From positions 14,362 through 78,361 of the IMG/VR virus record IMGVR_UViG_3300033076_001181: a stretch of DNA of 64,000 nucleotides. One strand, 5' to 3'. The notes under the pieces are model-generated. The model searched no databases. It was given only the letters and a program-made list of their open reading frames with translations, and was not told the origin of the DNA. Shown in pieces: positions 8,539-18,406 of the stretch. This DNA comes from a virus. Its lineage: Duplodnaviria > Caudoviricetes. The translations under genes were made by a program, and so were the position numbers. Position 1 is the stretch's first letter; each line of letters opens with the position of its first letter.

Positions 8539-8568
8539 AATATAATAAAGAAAATTTAATAAGCCAAA
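8539..8568 (-). promoter_or_regulatory. Class I promoter
   Basis: TTTGGC-N18-TATATTT abutting the stop of 8569-9483. Confidence 0.75.
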
Positions 8569-9483
8569 CTATATTTTAATAAGAGTGTTTTGATATTCAT
8601 CCATTGAATTAATAGTGATTTTTAAATTACCTAATTCAAATGAACCTATTTCTCCATTTTCTTTAATGATATCATTTAGCTGTTGAATAATTTGGAAATC
8701 ATCTTGAGTGAATAAATTTCCATTTATCTCAACAATTATGTTATCTCCTCCATCAAACCATGGTTCTAGAATTTGATCTAATTGAGGATTAGAGTTATTT
8801 ATTTTAATAGATTTTTTATAAACAACATTATGTATAGAGTTTCTAAAACCCCATTTTTTAACAAAATTTATATTTGATTGTTGTTCTATAACTTGATAAT
8901 CTGTTGTAGTACGAGATGTTTTACTTACAAAGTGATATACATGAGCTGAGCTTACTTTATGTTCGAAACCAGCTAATTTATATCTTAGATGTAAATCATC
9001 ATCCTCACAGAACATTTTAAAAGTGTATCCATCTATTCCTATATAATCTTCTTTCATACATCCAAAGAATAATTGTGAACCTCCATCAATTAATTCTTCT
9101 TCAATATTAAATTCATTAAATCTTTTACTATTAAAATTATTAATATCACTTCCACAATCTAATAAAACTTTACCTGGGTATGTATCAGGAAAAATAGGTG
9201 GTTCTACTCTAGTGTATGTAGTTATTCTATTTTTAGCAATATGTTTATCCATGGTTTCAATAAATCCAGGTTTAATAACCATATCATTATGAAGTAAAAT
9301 AATTTTTTCACCATTAGCTTTAGCTACAGCATTATTATAATTTATTCCTAAAGTTACATTATCGTTTTCTTCAACAATTATTTCAATTTCATTTTCATTA
9401 GGATAAATTTCTCTAATATTATTTATAATATTTTGGGTATAATTTTTATTTTTTGTTGTTGTGGGTATTACTAATGATATCAT
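8569..9483 (-). CDS. Glycosyltransferase family 2
   Basis: ISLVIPT, NNAVAKANGEKIILLHNDM, FCEDDDL. Confidence 0.85.
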   Translation of the reverse strand: MISLVIPTTTKNKNYTQNIINNIREIYPNENEIEIIVEENDNVTLGINYNNAVAKANGEKIILLHNDMVIKPGFIETMDKHIAKNRITTYTRVEPPIFPDTYPGKVLLDCGSDINNFNSKRFNEFNIEEELIDGGSQLFFGCMKEDYIGIDGYTFKMFCEDDDLHLRYKLAGFEHKVSSAHVYHFVSKTSRTTTDYQVIEQQSNINFVKKWGFRNSIHNVVYKKSIKINNSNPQLDQILEPWFDGGDNIIVEINGNLFTQDDFQIIQQLNDIIKENGEIGSFELGNLKITINSMDEYQNTLIKI

Positions 9484-9495
9484 TTTTATTTTATT

Positions 9496-10179
9496 TTAAT
9501 ATTCATACTGGTTTTTATCTGAGTGTAATTCAATTAAATCAAGATTATTTTTTAACCATTTTACCTTAATATTATTTTTTAGACAATCATTCATAAAAAA
9601 ATTAATATTGTTTTCTATAAATGTATTATAATCTAATTTAAATTTCAAATTAGAATTAGAAAAATAATTATAAACTATAAGTGATTCTGGGGGTATTTGT
9701 AAATTTTGTTCTATTTGGAAATTAAAACATTGTATCATATTTTCTATATTTCCATATAAAAATAAATCAACTGGGAAATCAAAGCTAGTATGTGTATATT
9801 CTAATTCATAGTATAATGGTCTAACATTAGGTTTACATATAGCTAAAAATGTTAATGGTTTTTGTTTTAAAATATTTAATAATAAATGAATGTCATTTGG
9901 TTTTAAATCACTTCTAATTTTTAATACCTCAGTAACATTTTTAGATTTTAAATACTCTAAACCAATATATGTACTTAATGCTTGATAATTAACATTTAAA
10001 TATCCTGCGAATAAAGGTTTAGAAGATTGAATTACATCTATATTTTTAGATTTTATATACTTTATATTTTCTTGAGGTTCATCATCCCAAGTTGAAAATA
10101 CAACATTAGGTATATCTATGTAGCAATCTATTATTTCTCTACAATAGTTAGTTGGGCCTTGTATAACTATACCTTGCAT
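9496..10179 (-). CDS. WavE-like polysaccharide/LPS synthesis protein
   Basis: IVIQGP..VVFSTWDDE..NxQxxSTxxGL..VLKIRSD. Confidence 0.65.
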   Translation of the reverse strand: MQGIVIQGPTNYCREIIDCYIDIPNVVFSTWDDEPQENIKYIKSKNIDVIQSSKPLFAGYLNVNYQALSTYIGLEYLKSKNVTEVLKIRSDLKPNDIHLLLNILKQKPLTFLAICKPNVRPLYYELEYTHTSFDFPVDLFLYGNIENMIQCFNFQIEQNLQIPPESLIVYNYFSNSNLKFKLDYNTFIENNINFFMNDCLKNNIKVKWLKNNLDLIELHSDKNQYEY

Positions 10180-10185
10180 ATACTG

Positions 10186-11058
10186 TTATTTAAAGATATT
10201 ATATAAAAATTCATTCATAGCGTGAGTATTTTTTTGTTCTAAAATTTTATATAAACTATCATTTCTAGTTGAAATTGTATTAGTTCTTTTTAATGGATGG
10301 AGATAATTATGTCCTTTTATTATATTAGAAATTAAATATTGAGGTATATTTTTTAATTGGAAAAATTGTTGAGCACAGTAATCTTCTCTAACAAAATTCA
10401 TTTCTGGGGAGATGAATGGAGTGGGGAGATTTTTAGATAAAGCTAATAAACTTCCATCTATTTTAACAATTGGAAGTTTTTTAATATTGATTTCCCCTCC
10501 AGATGAGTTAAATTCATTTAATTTATCTTGGGTTATAGTATCAAAATATCTAAAAGGAAAATATTCTTTCATAAATGATGGGTTATTCATGTCAACTTCT
10601 TCCCAAGATTTAAAATTTTCATGTTCTACTATATTCCATGTTTTATCCCAACATTTTCTAGAAGATAAACTTAATATATGAGGTTCATCAATATTAAGAT
10701 TAGATAATATATAAAAATATTCTTCTGGGATTAGACAATCACTTTCACCCCAAATATTGTATTTAAAATCATTTGAATATATTTCTCTTCTCCAATCACC
10801 TATATTATAAAAAGGATCATTATCTGTTTTATAAATAATCTCCGCATCATTTAATACAGGATGATTTATAAATTCGTTAAACATATCCTTAGATTCACCT
10901 ATAATAGGTTTTTCTATATACGTTTGAGAATTTAAACAAAATTTTAATTTTACTGGGAGTGATGAAAATTGAATAGCATTTTGGAGTGAGTCTAATGTTT
11001 CGTTTAACATTTTAGACTCATACCACATTATATGATGTTGGTATAGAATTTTATCCAT
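10186..11058 (-). CDS. Putative GT-A fold glycosyltransferase
   Basis: YNIWGESDCLIP (DxD-like), REDY and C-terminal GHN; cluster context. Confidence 0.5.
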   Translation of the reverse strand: MDKILYQHHIMWYESKMLNETLDSLQNAIQFSSLPVKLKFCLNSQTYIEKPIIGESKDMFNEFINHPVLNDAEIIYKTDNDPFYNIGDWRREIYSNDFKYNIWGESDCLIPEEYFYILSNLNIDEPHILSLSSRKCWDKTWNIVEHENFKSWEEVDMNNPSFMKEYFPFRYFDTITQDKLNEFNSSGGEINIKKLPIVKIDGSLLALSKNLPTPFISPEMNFVREDYCAQQFFQLKNIPQYLISNIIKGHNYLHPLKRTNTISTRNDSLYKILEQKNTHAMNEFLYNIFK

Positions 11059-11920
11059 ATTGAGTTATATTATCTATTTCTATTGAATTATGTTCTATTT
11101 GATTGGTTCCTTGTTTATTAACATATGGTACCATATCTTCAACTCTTATTATATTAAAATGAGATTTTACTATATTTATAGAATTGTTTGGATCAGGGAA
11201 TATACCCATAGATAATAAAAAAGAAGTTCCAATAACCATCTCAGGTACTATTCCTATATACCCCCCAGGCAAATACTGAGGAGATCCTATTTCTGGAGGA
11301 TTCGGATATGAGGTATATAATGTTCTTGAAGAAGAATTATATGAATATAGTTGAATAATTTTTAAAAGTTCCTCTTTAGATATAATATTTTCTTCTTCAG
11401 TAAACATATATGCTCCTGAGATTAAAGGAATTTGATGATTTTGGAGTCTATATAACGTTAATTTAAAAGTATCTAATATGTTTTTAGTTAATCCACCTAT
11501 TACTTTATCACTAGGGTGAAATTTATATAGATAGTCTGGTCTAAAATGTAAGTTAACACAATTATATTTATCAGGATTATTAATTACTTCATTGAAAAAA
11601 GGTGATAAATTTCCAAACCATTGATCTGTTCTAAGTTTAATCACATATTTAGTGTTTACTTTTTCTAATCCTTTTAATGTAGTATATGTTTGATAATATA
11701 TGTTTTGATTATTATATTCTTTAAAACAAATATGAAATTTATTTTCTATTAATGTAAAATTTTTATCTTTTAAATATTCTAATAGTTCTTTATCATCAGT
11801 ATCCCAATAAGAAATAATAATATTATCAGTATATGTTGTATAATTATTTAATAGACCATAGATAAAGTTTTTGTGAAGAGGACCTTGAAATACTAAAGTG
11901 AAGTCATTATAAGGTTTCAT
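11051..11920 (-). CDS. WavE-like polysaccharide/LPS synthesis protein (second copy)
   Basis: LVFQGP..IIISYWD..NIYYQTYTTLKGL..YVIKLRTD. Confidence 0.65.
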   Translation of the reverse strand: MKPYNDFTLVFQGPLHKNFIYGLLNNYTTYTDNIIISYWDTDDKELLEYLKDKNFTLIENKFHICFKEYNNQNIYYQTYTTLKGLEKVNTKYVIKLRTDQWFGNLSPFFNEVINNPDKYNCVNLHFRPDYLYKFHPSDKVIGGLTKNILDTFKLTLYRLQNHQIPLISGAYMFTEEENIISKEELLKIIQLYSYNSSSRTLYTSYPNPPEIGSPQYLPGGYIGIVPEMVIGTSFLLSMGIFPDPNNSINIVKSHFNIIRVEDMVPYVNKQGTNQIEHNSIEIDNITQYG

Positions 11921-12552
11921 ATATTGTTAAAATTAGGATTATAAAATTGAATATTAATTTCATTTCCTCTTCCATTTAAATTTGGGTCGTTTGGAGTTAT
12001 TGATGTTACTTCAAAATCTTTTTCAGAAAGCCACTGTATTACTTCTTTTAATGTGTGTTGACTTTTATATAATGCTACTTCTGAGTTTTGAGCTGTCTCA
12101 ATAACTCCTTTTTTAACTATATTCAAATATTTACCCAAACCTATTAAGACATTTAAATCTTGACCTTGAGCATCGCAATGAAGCCAATCAATATATTTTA
12201 TATCATTTTCTTCAATAAATTTTTCTAAAGTAATGACTTCAACTTCAATTTTATGAGTTACTTTAAAATCTTCTCTTCCAGGCCATGTTTGATTTAAGTT
12301 TTCATTAAACTCTAATAAAGAACTACACCCCCAATCTGCCTGTCCTGCTACATTAAAAGTAGATATTCCATTAAAATCACTCACAGCTTTAGATATTATG
12401 TGATAATTAGGTAAATTAAATGTTTTATCTTTAAGTATTTTACTTAATTCAGGTGTTGGTTCAAACGCATATACTTCATCCCCTCCTAAAGCAAATGGGA
12501 TTGAATTCTCTCCACTATTAGCTCCAATGTCAAAAATTATTCTTTTTTTCAT
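11917..12552 (-). CDS. FkbM-family SAM-dependent methyltransferase
   Basis: IFDIGANSG, VYAFEP, KAVSD, IDWLHCDAQGQD; start refined to MKKRII. Confidence 0.88.
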   Translation of the reverse strand: MKKRIIFDIGANSGENSIPFALGGDEVYAFEPTPELSKILKDKTFNLPNYHIISKAVSDFNGISTFNVAGQADWGCSSLLEFNENLNQTWPGREDFKVTHKIEVEVITLEKFIEENDIKYIDWLHCDAQGQDLNVLIGLGKYLNIVKKGVIETAQNSEVALYKSQHTLKEVIQWLSEKDFEVTSITPNDPNLNGRGNEINIQFYNPNFNNI

Positions 12553-12553
12553 A

Positions 12554-12997
12554 TTATTTATTTTGATATTTTTCAATATAATCACTACAAATTCCTAAAC
12601 AATCAATAATATTATCATTATTAATCTCTGGCATGACTGCTATACTATTTTTAATAGGTTGTTTACCGGGATATGCCCAAATATATTTTTTAGATGTAAG
12701 TGTTACTGTGTCAGTTTCATGCCAAAAATAATTTATATCATAATCATGTTTATTAAGAAAACTTAATGCTTCTATATTTTTACAATGAACCCAAAGTTTA
12801 TGACTTCTATCATCAATCCAATCTATACTAATTTCATATTGAGGTTTGTCATGACCTAAAAAAAACTTACCATTAATAAACCAAATATCAATTTCAACAT
12901 TATATCCTAAACAAATTGTATCATCAATATATGATGGATTATTTTCTGATTCAATAATCCGTCCATTAATATTACCTCTATGTGAAATTAAAATCAT
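12554..12997 (-). CDS. Glycerophosphodiester phosphodiesterase-like (GDPD) protein
   Basis: ISHRGN..SEN..GYNVEIDIW..GHD..LWVHCK. Confidence 0.75.
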   Translation of the reverse strand: MILISHRGNINGRIIESENNPSYIDDTICLGYNVEIDIWFINGKFFLGHDKPQYEISIDWIDDRSHKLWVHCKNIEALSFLNKHDYDINYFWHETDTVTLTSKKYIWAYPGKQPIKNSIAVMPEINNDNIIDCLGICSDYIEKYQNK

Positions 12998-14346
12998 TTG
13001 TAATTCTCTAAGTAATTTTTTAAATCTTCAGGTGTTCCTAATCCCCACATTCCTTTAACATTAAATGTTCTAATTTCTTTAGTAGCTTTTATAGCTTGAT
13101 TAAACACAGGACAAACATAAAACTCATTATTCACTCTAATGTTTTTTTTAATCATTTCCTCGGCATATTTAACAAAATCTGATCCATGTTTCCAATAATA
13201 ATATCCAACTGTGGCTATATCTGAAATTGGATTTTTCTCTGCTACTTCAGTAACTAATCCTTTTTCATTTATTTTAGCAAATGACCATTTTGGATGAGTA
13301 GCAGTAAATGTGACTATACCTCCATCAGCATTAGTTTCATTCATCTTATACATAAATTCATTTGAATCCCATTCTACAAACTGGTCTGAGTTAGCGAAAA
13401 ATAATGGATTATCATTATTAATGTATTCTTTAGCTAATAATGCAGTACATGCTGCTCCTTCAGTTAAACCATCTGTTTCTACTATTTTACATCCAGGAGT
13501 TAATAAATTTAATAATGTATCTAAATTATATTTTTCTCGATGTGCTTTTTGTACAACATATATATAATTAGCGTCTAGATTCAAATTTTCAATTACAACT
13601 TGAATCATTGGTTTATTCTTAACTTCAATAAGTGGTTTAGGAAATGTATACCCAGCTTGTTCAAATCTAGAACCAGCACCAGCCATTGGAATCAAAACAT
13701 TAAGTTTTTCATCTTTCCATTTAGGTGTCATGTTTACTTTTTCTTTATTTAAATGTTTATATATATTAATATAATTAATTTCTTTTGGAGAACCAACTCT
13801 CATTACATTAGCTTTACTTCTATTTGCTGCTAATAATCCATAGGGTGAATCTTCAACAATCAATGTTTCTTCAGGTAAACATCCCATCATACTCATTGCT
13901 TTCCAATACATTTCAGGATGTGGTTTACTATTCTTAACATCTTCATTTGATAAGATTAAATCAAAACGATCAATGATATTAAATTTAGATAACACTGTTA
14001 GTACTGTTTTACGAATACTATTTGAACATACTGCTAATTTATATCCATTATTAACTAACATATCCATACAAGCCTGTAATTGGGGATTTGGTTGTAAATT
14101 AGATAATGCTTCTAAAGTATATTTTTGTTTGTCATCCCAAATTTGTTTATGATTTTTAATAGGTAAACCTTTTCTTTTAGTTAACATATCTAGTTTTTGA
14201 TTTGTTTTTAAACCATCATAAACTGATAAATGTTCATCCCAAGATATAGAATATTTTTCACCTAATGCTTTGTTTAAAGCATCATAATGGATTTGTTTCG
14301 CCTCCACTAGTACACCATCTAAATCAAATATAATTAATTTTATCAT
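12994..14346 (-). CDS. HAD phosphatase fused to sugar-phosphate nucleotidyltransferase
   Basis: N-term IFDLDGVLV, KSKPHPE, IVEDS; C-term LIPMAGAGSRF..FPKPLI, ANSDQ, GLGTPEDL. Confidence 0.88.
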   Translation of the reverse strand: MIKLIIFDLDGVLVEAKQIHYDALNKALGEKYSISWDEHLSVYDGLKTNQKLDMLTKRKGLPIKNHKQIWDDKQKYTLEALSNLQPNPQLQACMDMLVNNGYKLAVCSNSIRKTVLTVLSKFNIIDRFDLILSNEDVKNSKPHPEMYWKAMSMMGCLPEETLIVEDSPYGLLAANRSKANVMRVGSPKEINYINIYKHLNKEKVNMTPKWKDEKLNVLIPMAGAGSRFEQAGYTFPKPLIEVKNKPMIQVVIENLNLDANYIYVVQKAHREKYNLDTLLNLLTPGCKIVETDGLTEGAACTALLAKEYINNDNPLFFANSDQFVEWDSNEFMYKMNETNADGGIVTFTATHPKWSFAKINEKGLVTEVAEKNPISDIATVGYYYWKHGSDFVKYAEEMIKKNIRVNNEFYVCPVFNQAIKATKEIRTFNVKGMWGLGTPEDLKNYLENYK

Positions 14347-14956
14347 AGTAATTATTTTGTTTTTCTTGTCTTTCTATTGTTTTAGGATGATATAAAGCAT
14401 ATCCTTCATCCATAGGTAGGTAAGCGAATTCTTTATGCCCATCTAATCTTTCATGAACCTTATTTACCCATTTAATATCAGAATTATTTTTATATATTCT
14501 AGTTTGATAATCAGGCCAATTAACCCAGTTATTTTCATTTACATACCATCCCCATTTTTGTATATGTTCTTGAGTTAAACCTTCAACTGTATTAACTCTA
14601 GGTACAACATATAATTCAACAGCTGAATTATGTTCTAATATAGCTGGTAGATCTTCTATAAGATTAGGATGAGGGTATTCATCCGCATCAATTTGAAAGA
14701 TATAATCTCCAGAACACATTGCTGTCAATTCATTTTTCCAATTGGAGAAATGTCCTTGAAATGTACTTTCCTTTAGAGTGATTATATCCTTAGATGACCA
14801 ATAATAGAGCTCATTTTTTAACTCCTCTGATGCCTTTGGATAGTCTAGTAAAACACAAATTTCATCTTTAGGACGTTTATGTTGATGGAGAAAGTTAAGT
14901 AAACGACTTACTTCCTCCAACTCATTACATACTGTGATAGCATAACTAATTTTCAT
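14324..14956 (-). CDS. Glycosyltransferase family 2
   Basis: ISYAITVCNE, HFSNWKN, DYIFQIDADE, WPDYQxR, KVHE. Confidence 0.88.
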   Translation of the reverse strand: MKISYAITVCNELEEVSRLLNFLHQHKRPKDEICVLLDYPKASEELKNELYYWSSKDIITLKESTFQGHFSNWKNELTAMCSGDYIFQIDADEYPHPNLIEDLPAILEHNSAVELYVVPRVNTVEGLTQEHIQKWGWYVNENNWVNWPDYQTRIYKNNSDIKWVNKVHERLDGHKEFAYLPMDEGYALYHPKTIERQEKQNNYYDKINYI

Positions 14957-14963
14957 ATAACCT

Positions 14964-14993
14964 AATATAATAAAATTATCCTATCAAGCCAAT
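14964..14993 (-). promoter_or_regulatory. Class I promoter with ATG 5 nt after TATATTAG
   Basis: ATTGGC-N18-TATATTAGGTTATATG. Confidence 0.75.
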
Positions 14994-15431
14994 ATATTCT
15001 AGAGCATCTATAAATTCTCTCTCATCAAAATGTTGAATAGTAGTCATATCCATTCTATACTCATAGAATTTGCCTGGTTGTTTTGGGATTGGGTATTTTT
15101 CTTTTTCTTCTTCAGTTACAGGAACTGCTTTAACAGCTGACCATTTCCACTCCTTGGCATTAGTACCATTGGCGAATACCATTCCTTGCTTAGGTTCATT
15201 AATAGTTTGTGGTAACCATATTAACCCTGTTGATTCATCTTTCCAAGCTAAATCTCTATACAATTCAGGCAATGAAGACATTTGTTCAGTATAGAACTCA
15301 CTTCCTTCTTTCATTAAACTATTAGTCCAATATCCACAAGATAAAGACATCCAGTTAGTTATTTCAGGTGTGACCTGTGTTTCATAACACAAGTCACCTC
15401 CTGATTTAGGGCACATTATAATTTTATCCAT
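14976..15431 (-). CDS. Hypothetical protein in the glycosyltransferase block
   Basis: 151-aa ORF with N-terminal Cys residues. Confidence 0.75.
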   Translation of the reverse strand: MDKIIMCPKSGGDLCYETQVTPEITNWMSLSCGYWTNSLMKEGSEFYTEQMSSLPELYRDLAWKDESTGLIWLPQTINEPKQGMVFANGTNAKEWKWSAVKAVPVTEEEKEKYPIPKQPGKFYEYRMDMTTIQHFDEREFIDALEYIGLIG

Positions 15432-16734
15432 TGTTTTCTACTTTTTGTAATTTAGGTAATTCAATTTTCTTTAATTTAGGTAACTGTAATTGTACTTGTT
15501 TTGGAAACTCAGGAATATATTTAGTGAATAATTCATCTGTTTTATCCTTCATTTTATCCCAACTAAATTCATTTTTACTTCTATATGCTTGACGTTTTCC
15601 ACCATCAACATATTTTTTATAATCAGTAAATATATCCATCATGGAATTCGCAGCTTGTTGATGATCAACTGAAAACCATTGTGATTCTTTTAGTAACCAT
15701 CCATTTGCCGCACTTGGGTGAACATTTGTTAATTGACCAGGCAACATAGTAGTGAATTCAGATTTTAAGAAATCAGTATGACCACTCCAATTAGTTGTTA
15801 TAATTGGTTTTTTAGTTAGACTAAATTCAAGTAATGGTCTACCATATCCTTCACCTTTAGTTAAATTAATCATTGCTTTAACTTTAGAATGATTATATAA
15901 CTCATTCATTTCAACGTCTGTGAATTCACCATGTAATAGATAAACATTAGGTAAATCTTTACTATTAACTGATTTAGCAATTAATTTAATTTTCTTTAAA
16001 ATATCATCTCTATCAACATATGAAGATCCCATTTGAGATGTTTTTAAAATTAATGCTGGTTTGTCTTTCTTATTCTTAAATACTTCAAAGAACATTTTAA
16101 TTAATAGACCAACATTTTTTCTATCTTCACCCACATCTCCATTAATCCAATGACCAACAAACAAGAAAGCAAATTTTTCTTTAATATTAGTTAATTCAGA
16201 GAATGAATCTACTTTATCTAATACTTTATAAATTTCAGTATCAGCACCTTCAAATAACACTTCAATTGGTTTTTCAACTTTAACTTCTCCTATTACTTGA
16301 TTAGTACGTTGATCTACTTTTTGTAATGCTGTGTCTAAAAATACTTTTTTAGAATGCTCAGATGAAGTTAATGTTAAATTCATTCTATTTACTCCCTCAA
16401 TCCAATCTCCAGGTGCTAATGTTGTTTCAATACCTGCTGTCACACCAATATTATATTTTCCAACTGGTTGGAATTCACTTGGGATAGTAATCTGCATCCA
16501 AATATCAGGTTGTGAGTTGAGTTGAGGTTGAGTCCAAATATGTTTATTTAAAAATTCCCATTCTGGGTTTTCATTGATGAATCCCCAAGGTGTATTACCC
16601 CACATTTGAGGAATGATTTTAACATCATATTTATCTAATTGAATAATTGCTCTAACTAAATCTCGAGAGCGCGCTCCATAACCACTATAAGTGTCAATAG
16701 GGCAGGAGATAAAAAATAACGGTTTGTTTTCCAT
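15424..16734 (-). CDS. GT-B (GT4-like) glycosyltransferase
   Basis: SGYGARSR, FLFVGHW, RKNVG, GEGYGRPLLE, TNWSGHTDF. Confidence 0.85.
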   Translation of the reverse strand: MENKPLFFISCPIDTYSGYGARSRDLVRAIIQLDKYDVKIIPQMWGNTPWGFINENPEWEFLNKHIWTQPQLNSQPDIWMQITIPSEFQPVGKYNIGVTAGIETTLAPGDWIEGVNRMNLTLTSSEHSKKVFLDTALQKVDQRTNQVIGEVKVEKPIEVLFEGADTEIYKVLDKVDSFSELTNIKEKFAFLFVGHWINGDVGEDRKNVGLLIKMFFEVFKNKKDKPALILKTSQMGSSYVDRDDILKKIKLIAKSVNSKDLPNVYLLHGEFTDVEMNELYNHSKVKAMINLTKGEGYGRPLLEFSLTKKPIITTNWSGHTDFLKSEFTTMLPGQLTNVHPSAANGWLLKESQWFSVDHQQAANSMMDIFTDYKKYVDGGKRQAYRSKNEFSWDKMKDKTDELFTKYIPEFPKQVQLQLPKLKKIELPKLQKVENNG

Positions 16735-16740
16735 AACTGT

Positions 16741-18177
16741 TTAGTATACTAATTTGTGAGGTACTACTTTATCTTTAACTTCATTTGTGTTTATAAATTC
16801 ATATTTTTCTCTTGGCTTCCAAGTCTTAAATAATTTATCTAAAGTAGTGATTACTTTTTTACCCATATTTGAACCTGTGAAACCTGCTTCATCTGATAAA
16901 GCCCACTCACGTCCTTTAAGGCCTAATGTTTTTCTTTCTTCTTTAGACAACTTATAAACATTCATAATTTGTTCAGCTGCTTCTTCTGCATTACATCTAT
17001 CATCCCAAATATAAGGTGTTAGTGGTGAACCTTGAATTGATCTATTAGTTGGGTATACTGGAAACGCCCATTCACCATGGTCTTTGATTTTACCAGTATG
17101 GTTAGAAGGAAACTCAGCATTAAAATCAATCCATTTGCCTTTTTTGCTAAAACGCATTTGATCTTGCATTCCACCAGTCACATTAGCAATAATTGGATTG
17201 CCTACTAAAATAGCTTCAGTTAAACTTAATCCCCAACCTTCATTATTAGTTAATAAAATTTGAGCATCAGTAGCATTATAAAGCATGTTCATTACATCTG
17301 GTGTTCCATACTTATCAGAGTAGATAATATTATATTTAGTATCACTACCAAATAACATTTCTTGTACTGCTGCTAAATCTGTTCCATTGTCATCTACTAC
17401 TTGAGTATGTAAAACAAAAGCACATTTTCTTGCTTGTTCTTCAGTTAATGAATCAATAAAGATTTTGTAAGCAAACATTGTATCTGGAATTTGTTTGCGG
17501 CGAATATTTCTTGAATTAAAGAATAAAGCAAAATCAATATCTTTACCTTTAAACAAATCTTTTTTAAATGCTTTTAACTGTTCATCATTTTGATTAAGTG
17601 GTTTAAAAATATTTTCATTTAGACCATGAGGTACATATTCAATGATTTTATTTTTAGCTTTATCACCTAATACTAATTCATTGATATTTTTAGTCTGTTT
17701 TGAAATAGCTAATAAAGCATCACATGATTCATAATATGGTCTATTATACATTGGTGCTGGGTAGTCGTCCCAAATATTCAAGTATATAATAGGCATTTTT
17801 CTTCTAATCTCATTTTCAATTTGGAATAACCAAATGAAATATCTTGGATCAGTAATCAAGAAAATAGCGTCTGGTTTTTCAACGCTTATTAGTTGCCTAA
17901 TCATACGAGCATCACCATATCCATTGCTTGGGTATAAAATAACTGAACTGTCAGTTAACCCAGTGTTAGTGTTGGTATCTACGCTTAGATCTAAACGTTT
18001 GCCTGCTTCTGGGTGATTAATTGCTCCACCCACATTTACCCAGTTAAAATGTTGAGCAGTGTTAATTACTAATTCTCGAGCGACTGTTGCTACACCTGAG
18101 TGTACTCTAATGTCGTCACAAATCAGTAAGATTTTTTTCCTCTCATTTTGAGGAAGATAACCAAAACTTTGATTCAT
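16741..18177 (-). CDS. GT-B (GT4-like) glycosyltransferase
   Basis: SGVATV, FNSRNIRRK, NEGWGLSLTEA, TGGMQD. Confidence 0.85.
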   Translation of the reverse strand: MNQSFGYLPQNERKKILLICDDIRVHSGVATVARELVINTAQHFNWVNVGGAINHPEAGKRLDLSVDTNTNTGLTDSSVILYPSNGYGDARMIRQLISVEKPDAIFLITDPRYFIWLFQIENEIRRKMPIIYLNIWDDYPAPMYNRPYYESCDALLAISKQTKNINELVLGDKAKNKIIEYVPHGLNENIFKPLNQNDEQLKAFKKDLFKGKDIDFALFFNSRNIRRKQIPDTMFAYKIFIDSLTEEQARKCAFVLHTQVVDDNGTDLAAVQEMLFGSDTKYNIIYSDKYGTPDVMNMLYNATDAQILLTNNEGWGLSLTEAILVGNPIIANVTGGMQDQMRFSKKGKWIDFNAEFPSNHTGKIKDHGEWAFPVYPTNRSIQGSPLTPYIWDDRCNAEEAAEQIMNVYKLSKEERKTLGLKGREWALSDEAGFTGSNMGKKVITTLDKLFKTWKPREKYEFINTNEVKDKVVPHKLVY

Positions 18178-18186
18178 AAAACTTTT

Positions 18187-18372
18187 TTATCGATTTAAAT
18201 TATTGTGATTGTGAACTGATTTTCTAAATTCATTATCTGTAAGATATAAATGAATTGTGCGATCAACAAGCTTCTGTAAAGAAAATTTTTGTTTAACGCA
18301 TTCCAGTTTAAAGTCTTCAAACAAGTCGCTTTGTACTTTTACGCTTGTTAATGTCATATCCTTTTTACTCAT
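18187..18372 (-). CDS. Ribbon-helix-helix-like DNA-binding protein
   Basis: LTSVKVQSDLFEDFK..SLQKLVDRTIHLYL pattern; ATATTTAT at 18388-18395 upstream. Confidence 0.55.
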   Translation of the reverse strand: MSKKDMTLTSVKVQSDLFEDFKLECVKQKFSLQKLVDRTIHLYLTDNEFRKSVHNHNNLNR

Positions 18373-18406
18373 AGCTTTTATTTGTATATAAATATATATG
18401 AGTTTA

